A stretch of DNA of 64,000 bases from an uncultured bacterium (GTDB taxonomy: Bacteria > Bacteroidota > Bacteroidia > Bacteroidales > Bacteroidaceae), in NCBI GenBank assembly GCA_946628295.1, contig CAMOWI010000002.1:11596-75595 (forward strand), written 5' to 3'. How positions within the stretch are numbered: the stretch's first letter is position 1; each line of letters begins with the position of its first letter. Shown here piece after piece: positions 19,701 to 27,969 of the stretch. A program made the position numbers and the translations under genes. The notes below the pieces were generated by a model that did not search any database, had not been told where the DNA came from, and was given only the letters and a program-made list of their open reading frames with translations.

Positions 19701-21035
19701 GGTTTCCTTGGCCTGACGGCGGAACAGCGAGACGATGGTCTGAGTGTCATCGTACGGCACATCGGTCTGGTTGAACGTGTCGAGCAGTTCCACTTGTGAT
19801 GCGTTGGCAATATGGATGTTCGCAAGCCGGGTTTCAGCAAGGAAACCTTCCACCACATTTTCGTAGCATTCCAGGAACTGGTTGACCAGCTGCTCTGAAT
19901 AGAGATTGGTCTTGTACTCTGCCTTCACGAAGTAATGACCGTCCTGAATCAGTGCCTTCAAGTAGATGGATACTCCCAAGGTGGTGTTGCACAGTTGTTC
20001 CGATTTCACCGGCTTGCCGCCGACCTCTACATTGTCGAGCACGAAGCCGTGCCAGCCAAAGTAGGTGCCCATCTGCAGGCCGAGGTCGTTCACCGCGTCG
20101 GTGAACGCATACAGTTCGTGCTGCCGACAACCCGTCATCTGCTCCTGTCCGGCCTTCAGGAAGTCGAGCACGGTCGTCTCGTCGGTGAATGTGGCATACA
20201 CGGGCACTGTTTTGACAAGCATACCGACGGTATGTGCCGTGCGACGGTCGTTGCGACCATTGAAGACGGTGCTGAACAGCGCTGCGTGCTCGTTATTGTA
20301 CTTAGCCAACAGGAAGCTATAGGCTGCTGTGAAGAAGGTGCTCTTGAAGATGCCGTGCTCACGGCAGAAAGCATCCACACGGGCACTGTCCACATTCATG
20401 CACCGCGACGCCAGCCCGTCCGCATCCTCGGTTCCGTCCAGGTCGGGCAACAGGGTGGAGAAGCAGTCGCCGCAGTCGAAATTCTGAGCGTACCACTGCT
20501 TGTCCTCCTCGAATCGGGCCGTCTGTCGCTGTTCTTCTTCTTCGAGGGCCATCTCGCCCATCATTATCACCTCTGGTGTCAGTTCCTTGCCTTCGTAGGC
20601 TGCTTCTATGTCGGCCAGGAGTACCTTCAGCGACGTGCCGTCACCAATGATATGGTGGATGTCCAGGAGCCAGTAGTAGTGCTCATCGTCGCGCAACATC
20701 CGCATACGGAAGAAATGGTCTTTATAGATGTCGAATGGCTGGATAAAGCCTTGTATGGCAGCCCTGATGTCTGAGATATGCTCTACTTCCAGCGTCATTT
20801 TCTCGCTGTCGTCAATGGTCTGTACGGGTTCGCCCTGTTCGTTCAGCTCGATGCGTGTGAAGAGCGTTGGATGGGCGGCAACTGCAGTTTCTATGGCTGC
20901 CTTGAGCCTGTTCTCGTCCAGGCTGCCGTCGAATGTATAGAGGTAGGGAATGTTATAATAGGCCTCGCCTGGATGTTGAGCGCACTCCACATAAAGGCCG
21001 TACTGGGATTTGCTTAAAGGGGCTGTTGTTGTCAT
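13761..21035 (-). CDS. Bimodular NRPS, C-A-T-C-A-T-R (terminal thioester reductase)
   Basis: C: HHIIGDG, HHLVFDG. A: YTSGSTGVPKG, YTSGSTGRPKG, YGPTE x2, YRTGD/YKSGD, KIRGFRIE/KLRGLRIE. T: GLTSI, FFELGGTSL. R: TGATGYLG, YIYSK. Start placed at ATG 21035, downstream of the stop of the preceding gene. Confidence 0.95.
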   Translation of the reverse strand: MTTTAPLSKSQYGLYVECAQHPGEAYYNIPYLYTFDGSLDENRLKAAIETAVAAHPTLFTRIELNEQGEPVQTIDDSEKMTLEVEHISDIRAAIQGFIQPFDIYKDHFFRMRMLRDDEHYYWLLDIHHIIGDGTSLKVLLADIEAAYEGKELTPEVIMMGEMALEEEEQRQTARFEEDKQWYAQNFDCGDCFSTLLPDLDGTEDADGLASRCMNVDSARVDAFCREHGIFKSTFFTAAYSFLLAKYNNEHAALFSTVFNGRNDRRTAHTVGMLVKTVPVYATFTDETTVLDFLKAGQEQMTGCRQHELYAFTDAVNDLGLQMGTYFGWHGFVLDNVEVGGKPVKSEQLCNTTLGVSIYLKALIQDGHYFVKAEYKTNLYSEQLVNQFLECYENVVEGFLAETRLANIHIANASQVELLDTFNQTDVPYDDTQTIVSLFRRQAKETPDNIAVVYKDKRYSYKEVDELSDRIAGCIASKGLRLEDVVSVLIPRCEWMAIASLGVMKAGCAYQPLDPTYPKERLNFMMKDANARLLIADEELRPVVDEYQGDVLLTKELMALPAVSQLPEGPKPDSLYILLYTSGSTGVPKGCQLIHSNMVAFIHYYHRYYDLQPTDKVTAYASYGFDACMMDMYPALTRGAAVYIIPEEMRLDLIALNDYFEREGITNAFMTTQVAYQFATTIENHSLKHFCAGGEKLASLTPPKGYILHNLYGPTECTIYETVYPVLEKKKNIPIGKPLDNTRLYIVDPQGRRLPIGAAGELWISGPQVSRGYLNRPEKTAEVYIPNPFTDDKKYARIYRTGDIVRYLPDGNIEFVGRRDGQVKIRGFRIELKEVEGVIREFPGIKDATVQVFDDKGGNGKFIAAYIVSDEQIDIEALNNFILDQKPPYMVPAVTMQIERIPLNQNQKVNKRALPEPVPSVAVSQQASEQAPLNVLEQELKDMVAVIVNNSDFGITTVLGYVGLTSITAIKLAVQVNKRFGVSLDSKSLVKSGTLQSIENEILKGLMAKGSGSMVKDGQPDGNHELSKSVPLSYAQTGVYYECLKNPTSTIYNIPYMLTFPTGTDADRLADAVKQVVESHPELHVHFTTEGDKIIQTIADSVAVEIPVSTMDVEQLADYKNEFVQPFNLQKPPLYRFKVVKTESDVHLLMDVHHLVFDGGSADLFIRQVCQVLDGTSVGKESYTYLDFVNDQQKAEDNDTFRSAQQFFAEKLQTCEGASEIPADLPKSDQQGFIGEALCPVSNDDNAAVTAFCREHDITPAHLYLAAASYVISRYTNNREVYISTISNGRSNLKIADTVGMFVNTLALGLKIDDVTVSEYLHQVSDTFDETLRHEDYPFARIAADYGLHPAISYAYQVGVLSEYSVGGRAIGQELLELNVPKFKINIKIESRGILVQYDDALYAEATAQGLAESIAATVEHIMACPDGKVRQLSIVSQSQEKQLEKIRVTDTGEAPFKLFFESIVHHAQEQPDRMALIACDARFTYREFDHATNRIANALRQRGVREGDRVAMLLPRTSRLILSMIGIQKAGAAYIPCDPEYPADRVKLILEDSGAKLIITPDVAEELLKEEDTTLPQTRLTPDDLAYLIYTSGSTGRPKGVMLRHEGMCNYSTPLPANVEAYAVANAAESILAVTTISFDASLHEIAISLFNGLTLVLANEEQTKNPLDMASLINEHHIGYVSATPSQWQTWIYSDEFVEAIRNVPIIRFGGEKLPESLLHQMQKLTPSRILNTYGPTETTVSSNIQELTHAERVTVGRPQLNVREFVVDSDGNELPVGVVGELYIGGRGVARGYNNLDEMTRERFIDYHGTRIYKSGDYAKWAPDGDVFILGRKDHQIKLRGLRIELGEVENVIARVEGVKNVVIMIRQIGGKEHLCAYFTADRPIDITKMKAEISKSLTQYMVPTAYLQLAEMPMTPNGKTDLKALPEPQLAVSGAYEAPANDTERSFCDIFAGILQMDRVGATDNFFELGGTSLVVTRVIIEADKAGLHVSYGEVFANPTPRKLARLVTGESTDDNADASDPIANFDYTAINNLLQRNNLGFFRSGERQRLGNVLITGATGYLGIHILHELISCDAENIYCLVRGKTVEKAESRLRTLLYYYFSDSYKALFGSRLHVVLGDVTEDLCQVCGDTIATNISTVFNCAAVVKHFSEGTEIEDVNIGGAQRCMDFCIKTGAKLVHISTASTRGLWVEASLGEASKETFTEQRLYMGQYLGNQYIYSKFMAERLILDAVALHGLSAKIMRVGNLAARSTDGEFQANFSTNSFMGRIRIYNMLGCCPHGMRNMRVEFSPINEVAHAIVLLATTPKECTVFHPYNIHGQFLGDVLSGLSSVTGGIRFVEQEEFQQAMDEAGQDPQKAKQMAALLAYKDMAHGQKTTDVARDNDYTTQVLYRLGFSWSPTSWDYVERMLTAIGGFGFFE

Positions 21036-21052
21036 AGTTGTTTTTTTTATTG

Positions 21053-22372
21053 TTACCATTTCTTTGTAAAAAGTCTGGGGGTGATGTTCACTGAGAGCCA
21101 CGCCCAGCGCAGGCTACCGTCACCGCTGTCTTGCTTCAGGCGCTTCATGGTCTCGGTGCCGGTCATGTAGGAGAAGCCAGCAGACAACTGCACGTCCTTC
21201 ATCAGCCTGTAGCTTGCCTCCAGGTCTATCTCGTGGCCGAGTGTTCGGTTGAGGTCCTCCAGCTTGATGCCTGTGGCAAGATAGTGATACGAGGCCTTGA
21301 GACTCAGGTTCTTCAGCGGACGGCAGGTGCCCCCGATGTAAGCATTCTGAAGACCAGGGGTGAAACCGTTGACGAAGGTGCTGAGGTAGAAGAAGTCCAT
21401 GGCGCCGTAGAACTTATGGTGGGAGCCATAGACGGGGTTGAAGCCCTTGTTCACCTCATGGCGCGGCATGCCGAGGCCACCTTTCATCACTACGGCCACA
21501 TAGTCGTCGCCACTCAGGAAGTCGTAGCCTGCCCTCACGCTCCAGCGGTTGTCGGGTGTCCACTCCGCCTTGAAGGCAGCCATCCAGGCGTCTAGTTTTG
21601 CCATATACTCGTCGTGGCCGGCCTGTCTGTAGTAGGTCCCCTCGAAGGTGAAATGATGCGGCGCATATTTCACGTAGCCGCCATAGACGAGTTGCCACTC
21701 GGTGTGTGGGGCGTTGTCAAACTCTCCGTCCTGTGTACCAGCCTGCATGCCGATGTTCATCAGGAGTACGGAGATGCCGAGCGGCACCCGTGGCACATCG
21801 TAGTGATACCACACTGTGTGCATGGTCTTGTATGGACAACTACCGTTAGTATAATATGAACCGGGCGAGGTAACGGCACGCATGTTCTGGTTGTAGGCCA
21901 GAATGGCATGCACCTGATGACGGCCGTATTTGCGGCCAACAGGGCTCTCATAACCTATGCGCAGGGCATCGTGGCTCCTGGCGGCCATCACCCAGTCGTC
22001 GGTACCCATGATACGCTCGTCGTCGTATCTCAGGCCCATGCGCCCGATTTGTGCAAACAGGCCGTTGCGGCTGGTCAACTTGCCCCAGGCCTCATAGACG
22101 CTGATGTTGGAAGCCCCCTCGTGACCCCACGTACCCGTATGTTGTACGGCAACCTTGGCCTCCAGCCAGGCGCGGCGGTAGTCCAGTGTGATGCGCTCGC
22201 GATCGAGGATGAAGGCCGACTTGTTTTCTGATGTCGGTTCATCGGCACTGCGGGTCATGCCGCCGTTGCGTATCTCTCCTCGGGAGAGCAACTGCAGGTC
22301 GGCCGTGAAGAGCGTGTCCTGCGCCCGGCAGCCCAGGGGCAGCAAGGCCATCAGTACCAGCAGGGATTTCAT
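21053..22372 (-). CDS. Outer-membrane beta-barrel protein, alginate-export-like
   Basis: Signal peptide, alternating beta-strand pattern, IGRMGLRYDDERIMG, GYDFLSGDD, FNPVYGSHHKFYGAMDFFY, LGHEIDL. Confidence 0.75.
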   Translation of the reverse strand: MKSLLVLMALLPLGCRAQDTLFTADLQLLSRGEIRNGGMTRSADEPTSENKSAFILDRERITLDYRRAWLEAKVAVQHTGTWGHEGASNISVYEAWGKLTSRNGLFAQIGRMGLRYDDERIMGTDDWVMAARSHDALRIGYESPVGRKYGRHQVHAILAYNQNMRAVTSPGSYYTNGSCPYKTMHTVWYHYDVPRVPLGISVLLMNIGMQAGTQDGEFDNAPHTEWQLVYGGYVKYAPHHFTFEGTYYRQAGHDEYMAKLDAWMAAFKAEWTPDNRWSVRAGYDFLSGDDYVAVVMKGGLGMPRHEVNKGFNPVYGSHHKFYGAMDFFYLSTFVNGFTPGLQNAYIGGTCRPLKNLSLKASYHYLATGIKLEDLNRTLGHEIDLEASYRLMKDVQLSAGFSYMTGTETMKRLKQDSGDGSLRWAWLSVNITPRLFTKKW

Positions 22373-22671
22373 GAAATCTCGAATAGGTTGATAAATCCCG
22401 TCAGTTTGAAAACTGTCTTGATGTCATCGTTCATGCCGTTGATGACGACCCTGCTGCCACCGCTCTTTGCACCCTTGAGGATGCTGATGAGGATGCGCAG
22501 TCCGCTCGATGCGATATACTCCAGATTCGAGCAGTCTATCTCAACATCCTTGCCGTTGGTGGTGTAAAGGGGCTGCAGTGTCTTCTCCGCATCTGCAGCG
22601 GCGGCGGTGTCCATTTCTCCCTCAAGTGTCACGAGGAACCTGTCCTCCAGTTCTTTAATCGTTGCGTTCAT
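22369..22671 (-). CDS. STAS-domain anti-sigma-factor antagonist
   Basis: LEGEMDT, DCSNLEYIASSGLRIL (phosphorylatable Ser), VFKLTGF. Confidence 0.92.
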   Translation of the reverse strand: MNATIKELEDRFLVTLEGEMDTAAAADAEKTLQPLYTTNGKDVEIDCSNLEYIASSGLRILISILKGAKSGGSRVVINGMNDDIKTVFKLTGFINLFEIS

Positions 22672-22691
22672 AATTCTTTCTTATTTATTTT

Positions 22692-24923
22692 TCACTTATC
22701 ACTTATCCTTTTCGTCAGGGTCAGAATGTTGCGACCCTCTACGCGCTCGTAGTTGATGAAGTCCATCAGTTCGCGCATCAGCAGTATGCCCAGTCCGCCC
22801 ACGGGCCGTTCCTCAGCCGTGAGCGTGGTGTCGGCGCTGGCTGTCTCTGTGGGGTTGAAGGCTATGCCGCTGTCGCTGATAATGAACCGCAGGCGCTCGC
22901 CGTCGTAGGTGGCACGGACGTCAATGTCGCCTTGTATCCCTGCCGGGTAGGCATATTCCATCACGTTGACCACGGCTTCCTCCAGTGCCAGCCTGAGTTT
23001 CGGGGCCAGCGGCTTGCCGATGCCCAGGCGCGTCATGACGTCCTTGATGAATGTGCTGAGTCGCGACACCTCTTTCACATCGTTGTGGAGCGTGACTTGT
23101 TCGTCGAGTACCAGTGTATTCTCAGACGGTGTGTAACGGATAGCCAATAAGGTGAGGTCGTCGCTCTGCTCGGTGTCTCCTGCAAACTGTTCTACCTCGG
23201 CGATGACCGTGTCAACCAACTCCTTGGGACTCATGTCGGCACAGTGGGACATCAGCACTTCAACGCGCTCATAACCGAAGAACCCATGCTTAGCATCGCG
23301 GCCCTCTGTCAGCCCGTCGGTATAGAGGAAGAGCGTCGAGCCGGGCTGCATCGTGGTTTCCTGCATCTGATATTTGTAGTCATCGAACAGTCCGATGGGA
23401 ATGTTGGCGACGGCTTTCAGCTGCTCAGCCGTTTGCCCATGAATGCAGAACGGCACATCATGGCCTGCATTGCAGTAGCGCAGGTGACCTGTCAGAAGGT
23501 CGAGCACGCCGATGAAGAGTGTCACAAAAATATTCTGGGGATTGTTGCGGCAGGCCGTCTCGTTCATGTATTCCATGATACGGGCAGGATTATCCTCACG
23601 CGAGGCGATATGGGTGAAGAGTGTCTGTGTGACGGACATGATGAGGGCTGCGGGCACACCCTTGCCACTGACGTCACCGATGCAGAAGAACAGCTTGCCG
23701 TTGCGCACAAACGCGTTGTAAAGGTCTCCGCCAACAGCCTTTGCCGGTATCAGGCGGCCTTCCACCTCAACATCGTTGGCGTCCTGTAATGATGGCTCAG
23801 CCTGTGGCAACAGTGCCTGCTGTATCCTGTTGGCAATGTGCAACTCGGTATTCATACGTTCCTGCTCCTGCGTTTTCTCCTCCAACTGACGGTTGGTAAG
23901 CACCATGATCTGTTCACCCCTGACGAAGCGCCACACCACGTAGAGCAGAATAGTAAAGGCTGCCAACATCAGCCCAAACAGCCAGAGACGCAGGCGCAAC
24001 AGCGGCGCATAGACCTCGTCGTCGTAACACACCACGGCCAATAGCCAGTGAGGCTTACCCCGCATAGGGGCATAGAAGATGGTGCCCTCGCGCTCTCCGG
24101 AATCGAAACGTATCACCGTGCTCAGTCCGCTGTGGCTCTTGTGACGGGCTACGGTGCTGTCGTTGATGAGGTTATAGATATACTGCTGCGTGTCTTCCTT
24201 GACACGTGCAGTATCGGGGTGGATGATGATTTTTTCGGCCTCTGTGAGCACAAGGATAAACGACGAGGGATAGATGTGACGCTTTTCGATGGTGTCGGAG
24301 AGCCATATCAGGTTAACATCGATAGCGGCAATGCCTACTGACCGCCCCTGACGGTCGCGGACGGACTGAAGATAGCTCGTGACGCGGGCGCGAGCACCCT
24401 TTTTGTCATAGTAGGGTTCCACCCAAATACCGTCTTTGGCATTGAGGGCCTGCTGGTAGAAATAGTATTGTGTGTAGTCATGGGTGCTGCTGGCGATTTG
24501 CTCCGTCTCTACTTCGCCAGAGGGGGTGCGGCGGGCATAGACCTCAAAGAGCCGACCCTTTTGCGGATAATAATAGGGTACGAAGCCCACGCCGGCACTT
24601 TTCAAATTGGGATTGAGACGCACGAACCTTTCCATTGTGGTGAAGGCGGAATCCGGCTGGTCGAGGTGGGCCTCTATCTGCCACTTACAGTTGCGCAGCA
24701 GGTCCTCGGTACTGTTGAAGTAGCTCTTGATGAGAATGGCCTTCAGCGTCAGTTCGCTTTCTGCGCGCTTCTCCAACTCGTCTTCCATGTGATGGCGAGT
24801 AAGGAAGTACTGCACCCCGGAGATGCCTTCAAGTAGCACTGCTGCCAGGATGACGATGGATAGTCCTGTCAGTCTTCCCTTTTTGAAGAACAGTTGTTTG
24901 ATGACCCGTAGTTCTCTCTGCAT
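22692..24923 (-). CDS. Membrane sensor: Cache-like domain, SpoIIE/PP2C phosphatase and RsbW-like kinase
   Basis: Two TM segments around a periplasmic domain (WVEPYYD). PP2C motifs VGGDLY, IGDVSGKGVPAAL, LYTDGLTE, QSDDLT. Kinase motifs LALEEAVVNVMEYAY, DSGIAFNP, GGLGILL. Confidence 0.9.
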   Translation of the reverse strand: MQRELRVIKQLFFKKGRLTGLSIVILAAVLLEGISGVQYFLTRHHMEDELEKRAESELTLKAILIKSYFNSTEDLLRNCKWQIEAHLDQPDSAFTTMERFVRLNPNLKSAGVGFVPYYYPQKGRLFEVYARRTPSGEVETEQIASSTHDYTQYYFYQQALNAKDGIWVEPYYDKKGARARVTSYLQSVRDRQGRSVGIAAIDVNLIWLSDTIEKRHIYPSSFILVLTEAEKIIIHPDTARVKEDTQQYIYNLINDSTVARHKSHSGLSTVIRFDSGEREGTIFYAPMRGKPHWLLAVVCYDDEVYAPLLRLRLWLFGLMLAAFTILLYVVWRFVRGEQIMVLTNRQLEEKTQEQERMNTELHIANRIQQALLPQAEPSLQDANDVEVEGRLIPAKAVGGDLYNAFVRNGKLFFCIGDVSGKGVPAALIMSVTQTLFTHIASREDNPARIMEYMNETACRNNPQNIFVTLFIGVLDLLTGHLRYCNAGHDVPFCIHGQTAEQLKAVANIPIGLFDDYKYQMQETTMQPGSTLFLYTDGLTEGRDAKHGFFGYERVEVLMSHCADMSPKELVDTVIAEVEQFAGDTEQSDDLTLLAIRYTPSENTLVLDEQVTLHNDVKEVSRLSTFIKDVMTRLGIGKPLAPKLRLALEEAVVNVMEYAYPAGIQGDIDVRATYDGERLRFIISDSGIAFNPTETASADTTLTAEERPVGGLGILLMRELMDFINYERVEGRNILTLTKRISDK

Positions 24924-24946
24924 ACTTGCTTTGTTGTCGTTGGGGG

Positions 24947-25025
24947 CAAAATTACGAAAAAAAGGTGAAAGGACAAAACTTCTTTCAGAAATTCTTTCTG
25001 ATAGATAAAAAAAGTGCTATCTTTG
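24947..25025. promoter_or_regulatory. Divergent promoter pair (NRPS operon / GH115 operon)
   Basis: TAATTTTG on minus at 24947-24954 and TATCTTTG on plus at 25018-25025. Confidence 0.6.
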
Positions 25026-25034
25026 CAAACGGTT

Positions 25035-27284
25035 ATGAAACGGATACTACTTTTACTGACAGTGATGACTGCGTTGAGTGCCGATGCCTTGGTGTGGTTC
25101 GACGGAAAGAAGCCGATATCGTATAGCGTGCCTTCTAAGGTGGAGCCGGTGGTGGAGGTGGCCCTCGGCCTATGGAAGGACGATATGCGGCAGGTGACGG
25201 GACTGGAACCTGTGGCAGACAGGCGGCCCGTGGTTCGTATCGTGCAAGGTAAAGGTGCTGACGACGGCTTTAGCCTCTGCGTCAGACAGGGGCAGATCGT
25301 GATTGAAGGACATAATGCGCGAGGGACGGCCTACGGCATCCTGGAACTCTCGCGCTTGGCTGGCGTCTCGCCTTGGATATGGTGGGGCGACATTGTACCG
25401 GAGAAGAGAGACAGACTCGTCATCGACGACGGATTCTGCATGGAACATACGCCTAGCGTGGCTTATCGCGGCATCTTCATCAATGACGAAGACTGGAGCA
25501 TCAGACCCTGGAGCAGTAAAACGTTTGAACCGGGACAAGAGGGACGTATCGGTCCCCGAACCTACCGCAAGATATTCGAGTTGCTTCTCCGCCTGCGCGC
25601 CAATACCATCTGGCCTGCCATGCACGAGGGTACGGTGGCTTTTTTCCAAACGGCGGGTGCCAAGGCTGAGGCAGACTCCTGTGGTATTGTAATAGGTACT
25701 TCGCATTGTGAGCCGTTGCTGCGTAACAATGTGGGCGAGTGGAACGTGGAACAGCGCGGACGGTTCAACTATAAGACCAATCGTGAGGCCGTTCAGCAAT
25801 ACTGGACTGAACGGCTTAAGGAAGTGAAAGGGCGTCGGAACCAGATATTCACTATCGGTATGCGGGGTATCCACGACAGTTCGATGGAAGGCTATACGAC
25901 AGATCAGGAGAAATTCGATGCTTTGCAGCAAGTGATCGACGACCAGCAGCAACTGATCCGCAGATATGTTGGCAATCCGGCGAAGCAGATGCAGATGTTC
26001 GTTCCCTATAAGGAAGTGTTGCAACTCTACGAGATGGGCTTGAAGGTGCCAGACTATGTGACGCTGATGTGGTGCGATGACAATTATGGCTATATGACAC
26101 GCTATTCCTCAGGTGAAGAGCAACTCCGACAGGGTGGGGGAGCCCTCTACTACCACTTGAGCTATTGGGGGCGTCCGCATGACTATCTCTGGCTGACCAC
26201 CACCCAGCCCGGTCTCATATACAACGAGATGCGTGAGGCTTACGATCGCCATGTCCGTAAGCTATGGATAGCTAATGTACATGATCCGAAAGTGGCAGGG
26301 TACGACCTCGAACTTTTCCTCGATCTGGCCTGGGACATCAATTGTACAAGCGGTGAGACACTCGAGAATCACTATCTCAACTGGTTATGCAGGCAGTTTG
26401 GTCGGCAGGCAGGCCAAAAGCTCTTGCCTGCTATGCTCGAATTCTATCGGCTCTGTGGTGAGCGGCGTCCAGAATTCATGGGGTGGACTCAAGTTGAGCT
26501 TGACAAAAAGAAATATCATCGCGGTCTCTCGCCTGTCGATTCTGTCGGTACAACTATCTATGAGGCAGCAGCCCGCATGGCAGCCTTCGAACGTGTCAAG
26601 GCTACCGTGATAGAGATTCGGCCATACGTCCGACAGGAGTTGAAGGATGCCTTTTTTGCAGCCATCGAGTATCCTGTCTTTGCAGCCTCTGCCATGAACC
26701 GCAAGATTCTTTCTGATACGGCCGAGAGCCATCGGGCTTATGAGGAGATACTTTCTCTCACATCTCAATATAACAGCATGCTGAATGGTAAATGGCAATA
26801 CATCATGGATGCTGCTCCCCGCAGATTGCCCGTTTTTGAAGATGTACATGCTCTTCGTTTCGACAGGGCAACGGGAATGGGGGAGGTCGTCCCTGCAGCC
26901 AATTTCGCTTCAGCGTCTGATGGTGTCAAGGTCATCCAGATGCTCGGCCACTCGATGCGTGCTGTCTCCCTGCCAAAAGATGGAAGTCTGACTTACAGTT
27001 TCAGTGTTGGCACGCCAGGATCCTATACGCTCCTAACTGCTCTTATCCCAACACACGCCGTTGACAGTGGAGATATTCGGTACAGTGTCTCTATTGATGA
27101 AGGTGAGCCAACAGTCTTTAGCCTGAAGGAGCCTTTCCGTTCTGAACAATGGAAACAGAACGTGCTGCGTGGACAGACTTTGCGCAACCTTCATGTCACA
27201 CTTTCAGCAGGTGATCATACACTCACTGTCAGGGCGCTCGATGATCATATTGTGATAGACCAGTGGAAACTAATTAAAGAATAG
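25035..27284 (+). CDS. GH115 family glycoside hydrolase
   Basis: YRGIFINDEDW, LLLRLRANTIWPAMH, GTSHCEPLLRNN, MWCDDNYGY, YYHLSYWGRP; signal peptide from ATG 25035. Confidence 0.88.
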   Translation: MKRILLLLTVMTALSADALVWFDGKKPISYSVPSKVEPVVEVALGLWKDDMRQVTGLEPVADRRPVVRIVQGKGADDGFSLCVRQGQIVIEGHNARGTAYGILELSRLAGVSPWIWWGDIVPEKRDRLVIDDGFCMEHTPSVAYRGIFINDEDWSIRPWSSKTFEPGQEGRIGPRTYRKIFELLLRLRANTIWPAMHEGTVAFFQTAGAKAEADSCGIVIGTSHCEPLLRNNVGEWNVEQRGRFNYKTNREAVQQYWTERLKEVKGRRNQIFTIGMRGIHDSSMEGYTTDQEKFDALQQVIDDQQQLIRRYVGNPAKQMQMFVPYKEVLQLYEMGLKVPDYVTLMWCDDNYGYMTRYSSGEEQLRQGGGALYYHLSYWGRPHDYLWLTTTQPGLIYNEMREAYDRHVRKLWIANVHDPKVAGYDLELFLDLAWDINCTSGETLENHYLNWLCRQFGRQAGQKLLPAMLEFYRLCGERRPEFMGWTQVELDKKKYHRGLSPVDSVGTTIYEAAARMAAFERVKATVIEIRPYVRQELKDAFFAAIEYPVFAASAMNRKILSDTAESHRAYEEILSLTSQYNSMLNGKWQYIMDAAPRRLPVFEDVHALRFDRATGMGEVVPAANFASASDGVKVIQMLGHSMRAVSLPKDGSLTYSFSVGTPGSYTLLTALIPTHAVDSGDIRYSVSIDEGEPTVFSLKEPFRSEQWKQNVLRGQTLRNLHVTLSAGDHTLTVRALDDHIVIDQWKLIKE

Positions 27285-27289
27285 ATAAA

Positions 27290-27967
27290 ATGAAGAAAAC
27301 GATTCTAACACTTTTGGCTGCCGTTGTCTGCAGTCTAGCGTCTGGTCAGACCAAGTCGGTGTCTATATTGGGCGATTCGTACTCAACTTACGAGGACTTT
27401 GTGACACCAAGTACAAATGAATTGTGGTATTATGCCAAGAGTAAGCCGGAGCGGACAGACGTGAAGGATGTGCGTCAGACTTGGTGGTATCAGGTCATTA
27501 AAGAGAACGGTTGGCGTCTCTGTGTGAACAACTCCTACAGCGGAGCCACTATCAGTTATACTGGTTACGACGGCAATGACTACCGCGACCGTTCTTTCAA
27601 TACCCGTATGACCGACTTGGGCAATCCTGACATTATTTTTATCTTCGGTGCAACTAACGACAGTTGGGCAGGAACGCCTATTGGCGAATACAAGTATGAA
27701 GGTATCACTTATGGCGACCTCTACCAGTTCCGTCCCGCCCTTGCTCGTATGCTCGACTGGATGACGGCACGCTACGTGAATACGGAGATATATTTTATCC
27801 TTAATAATGATCTCCGTGATGAAATCAATATTTCGTCAAAGACCATTTGCGAGCATTACGGTGTCAAGGTAATTGAACTGAAGGCTATCGACAAGATATC
27901 CGGTCACCCATCGGTGAAGGGTATGCGTCAGATAGCAGACCAGGTGAATCAATTCTTTAAGAAATAA
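27290..27967 (+). CDS. SGNH/GDSL hydrolase (carbohydrate esterase-like)
   Basis: ILGDSYS, GATND, DKISGHP; signal peptide. Confidence 0.85.
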   Translation: MKKTILTLLAAVVCSLASGQTKSVSILGDSYSTYEDFVTPSTNELWYYAKSKPERTDVKDVRQTWWYQVIKENGWRLCVNNSYSGATISYTGYDGNDYRDRSFNTRMTDLGNPDIIFIFGATNDSWAGTPIGEYKYEGITYGDLYQFRPALARMLDWMTARYVNTEIYFILNNDLRDEINISSKTICEHYGVKVIELKAIDKISGHPSVKGMRQIADQVNQFFKK

Positions 27968-27969
27968 TA

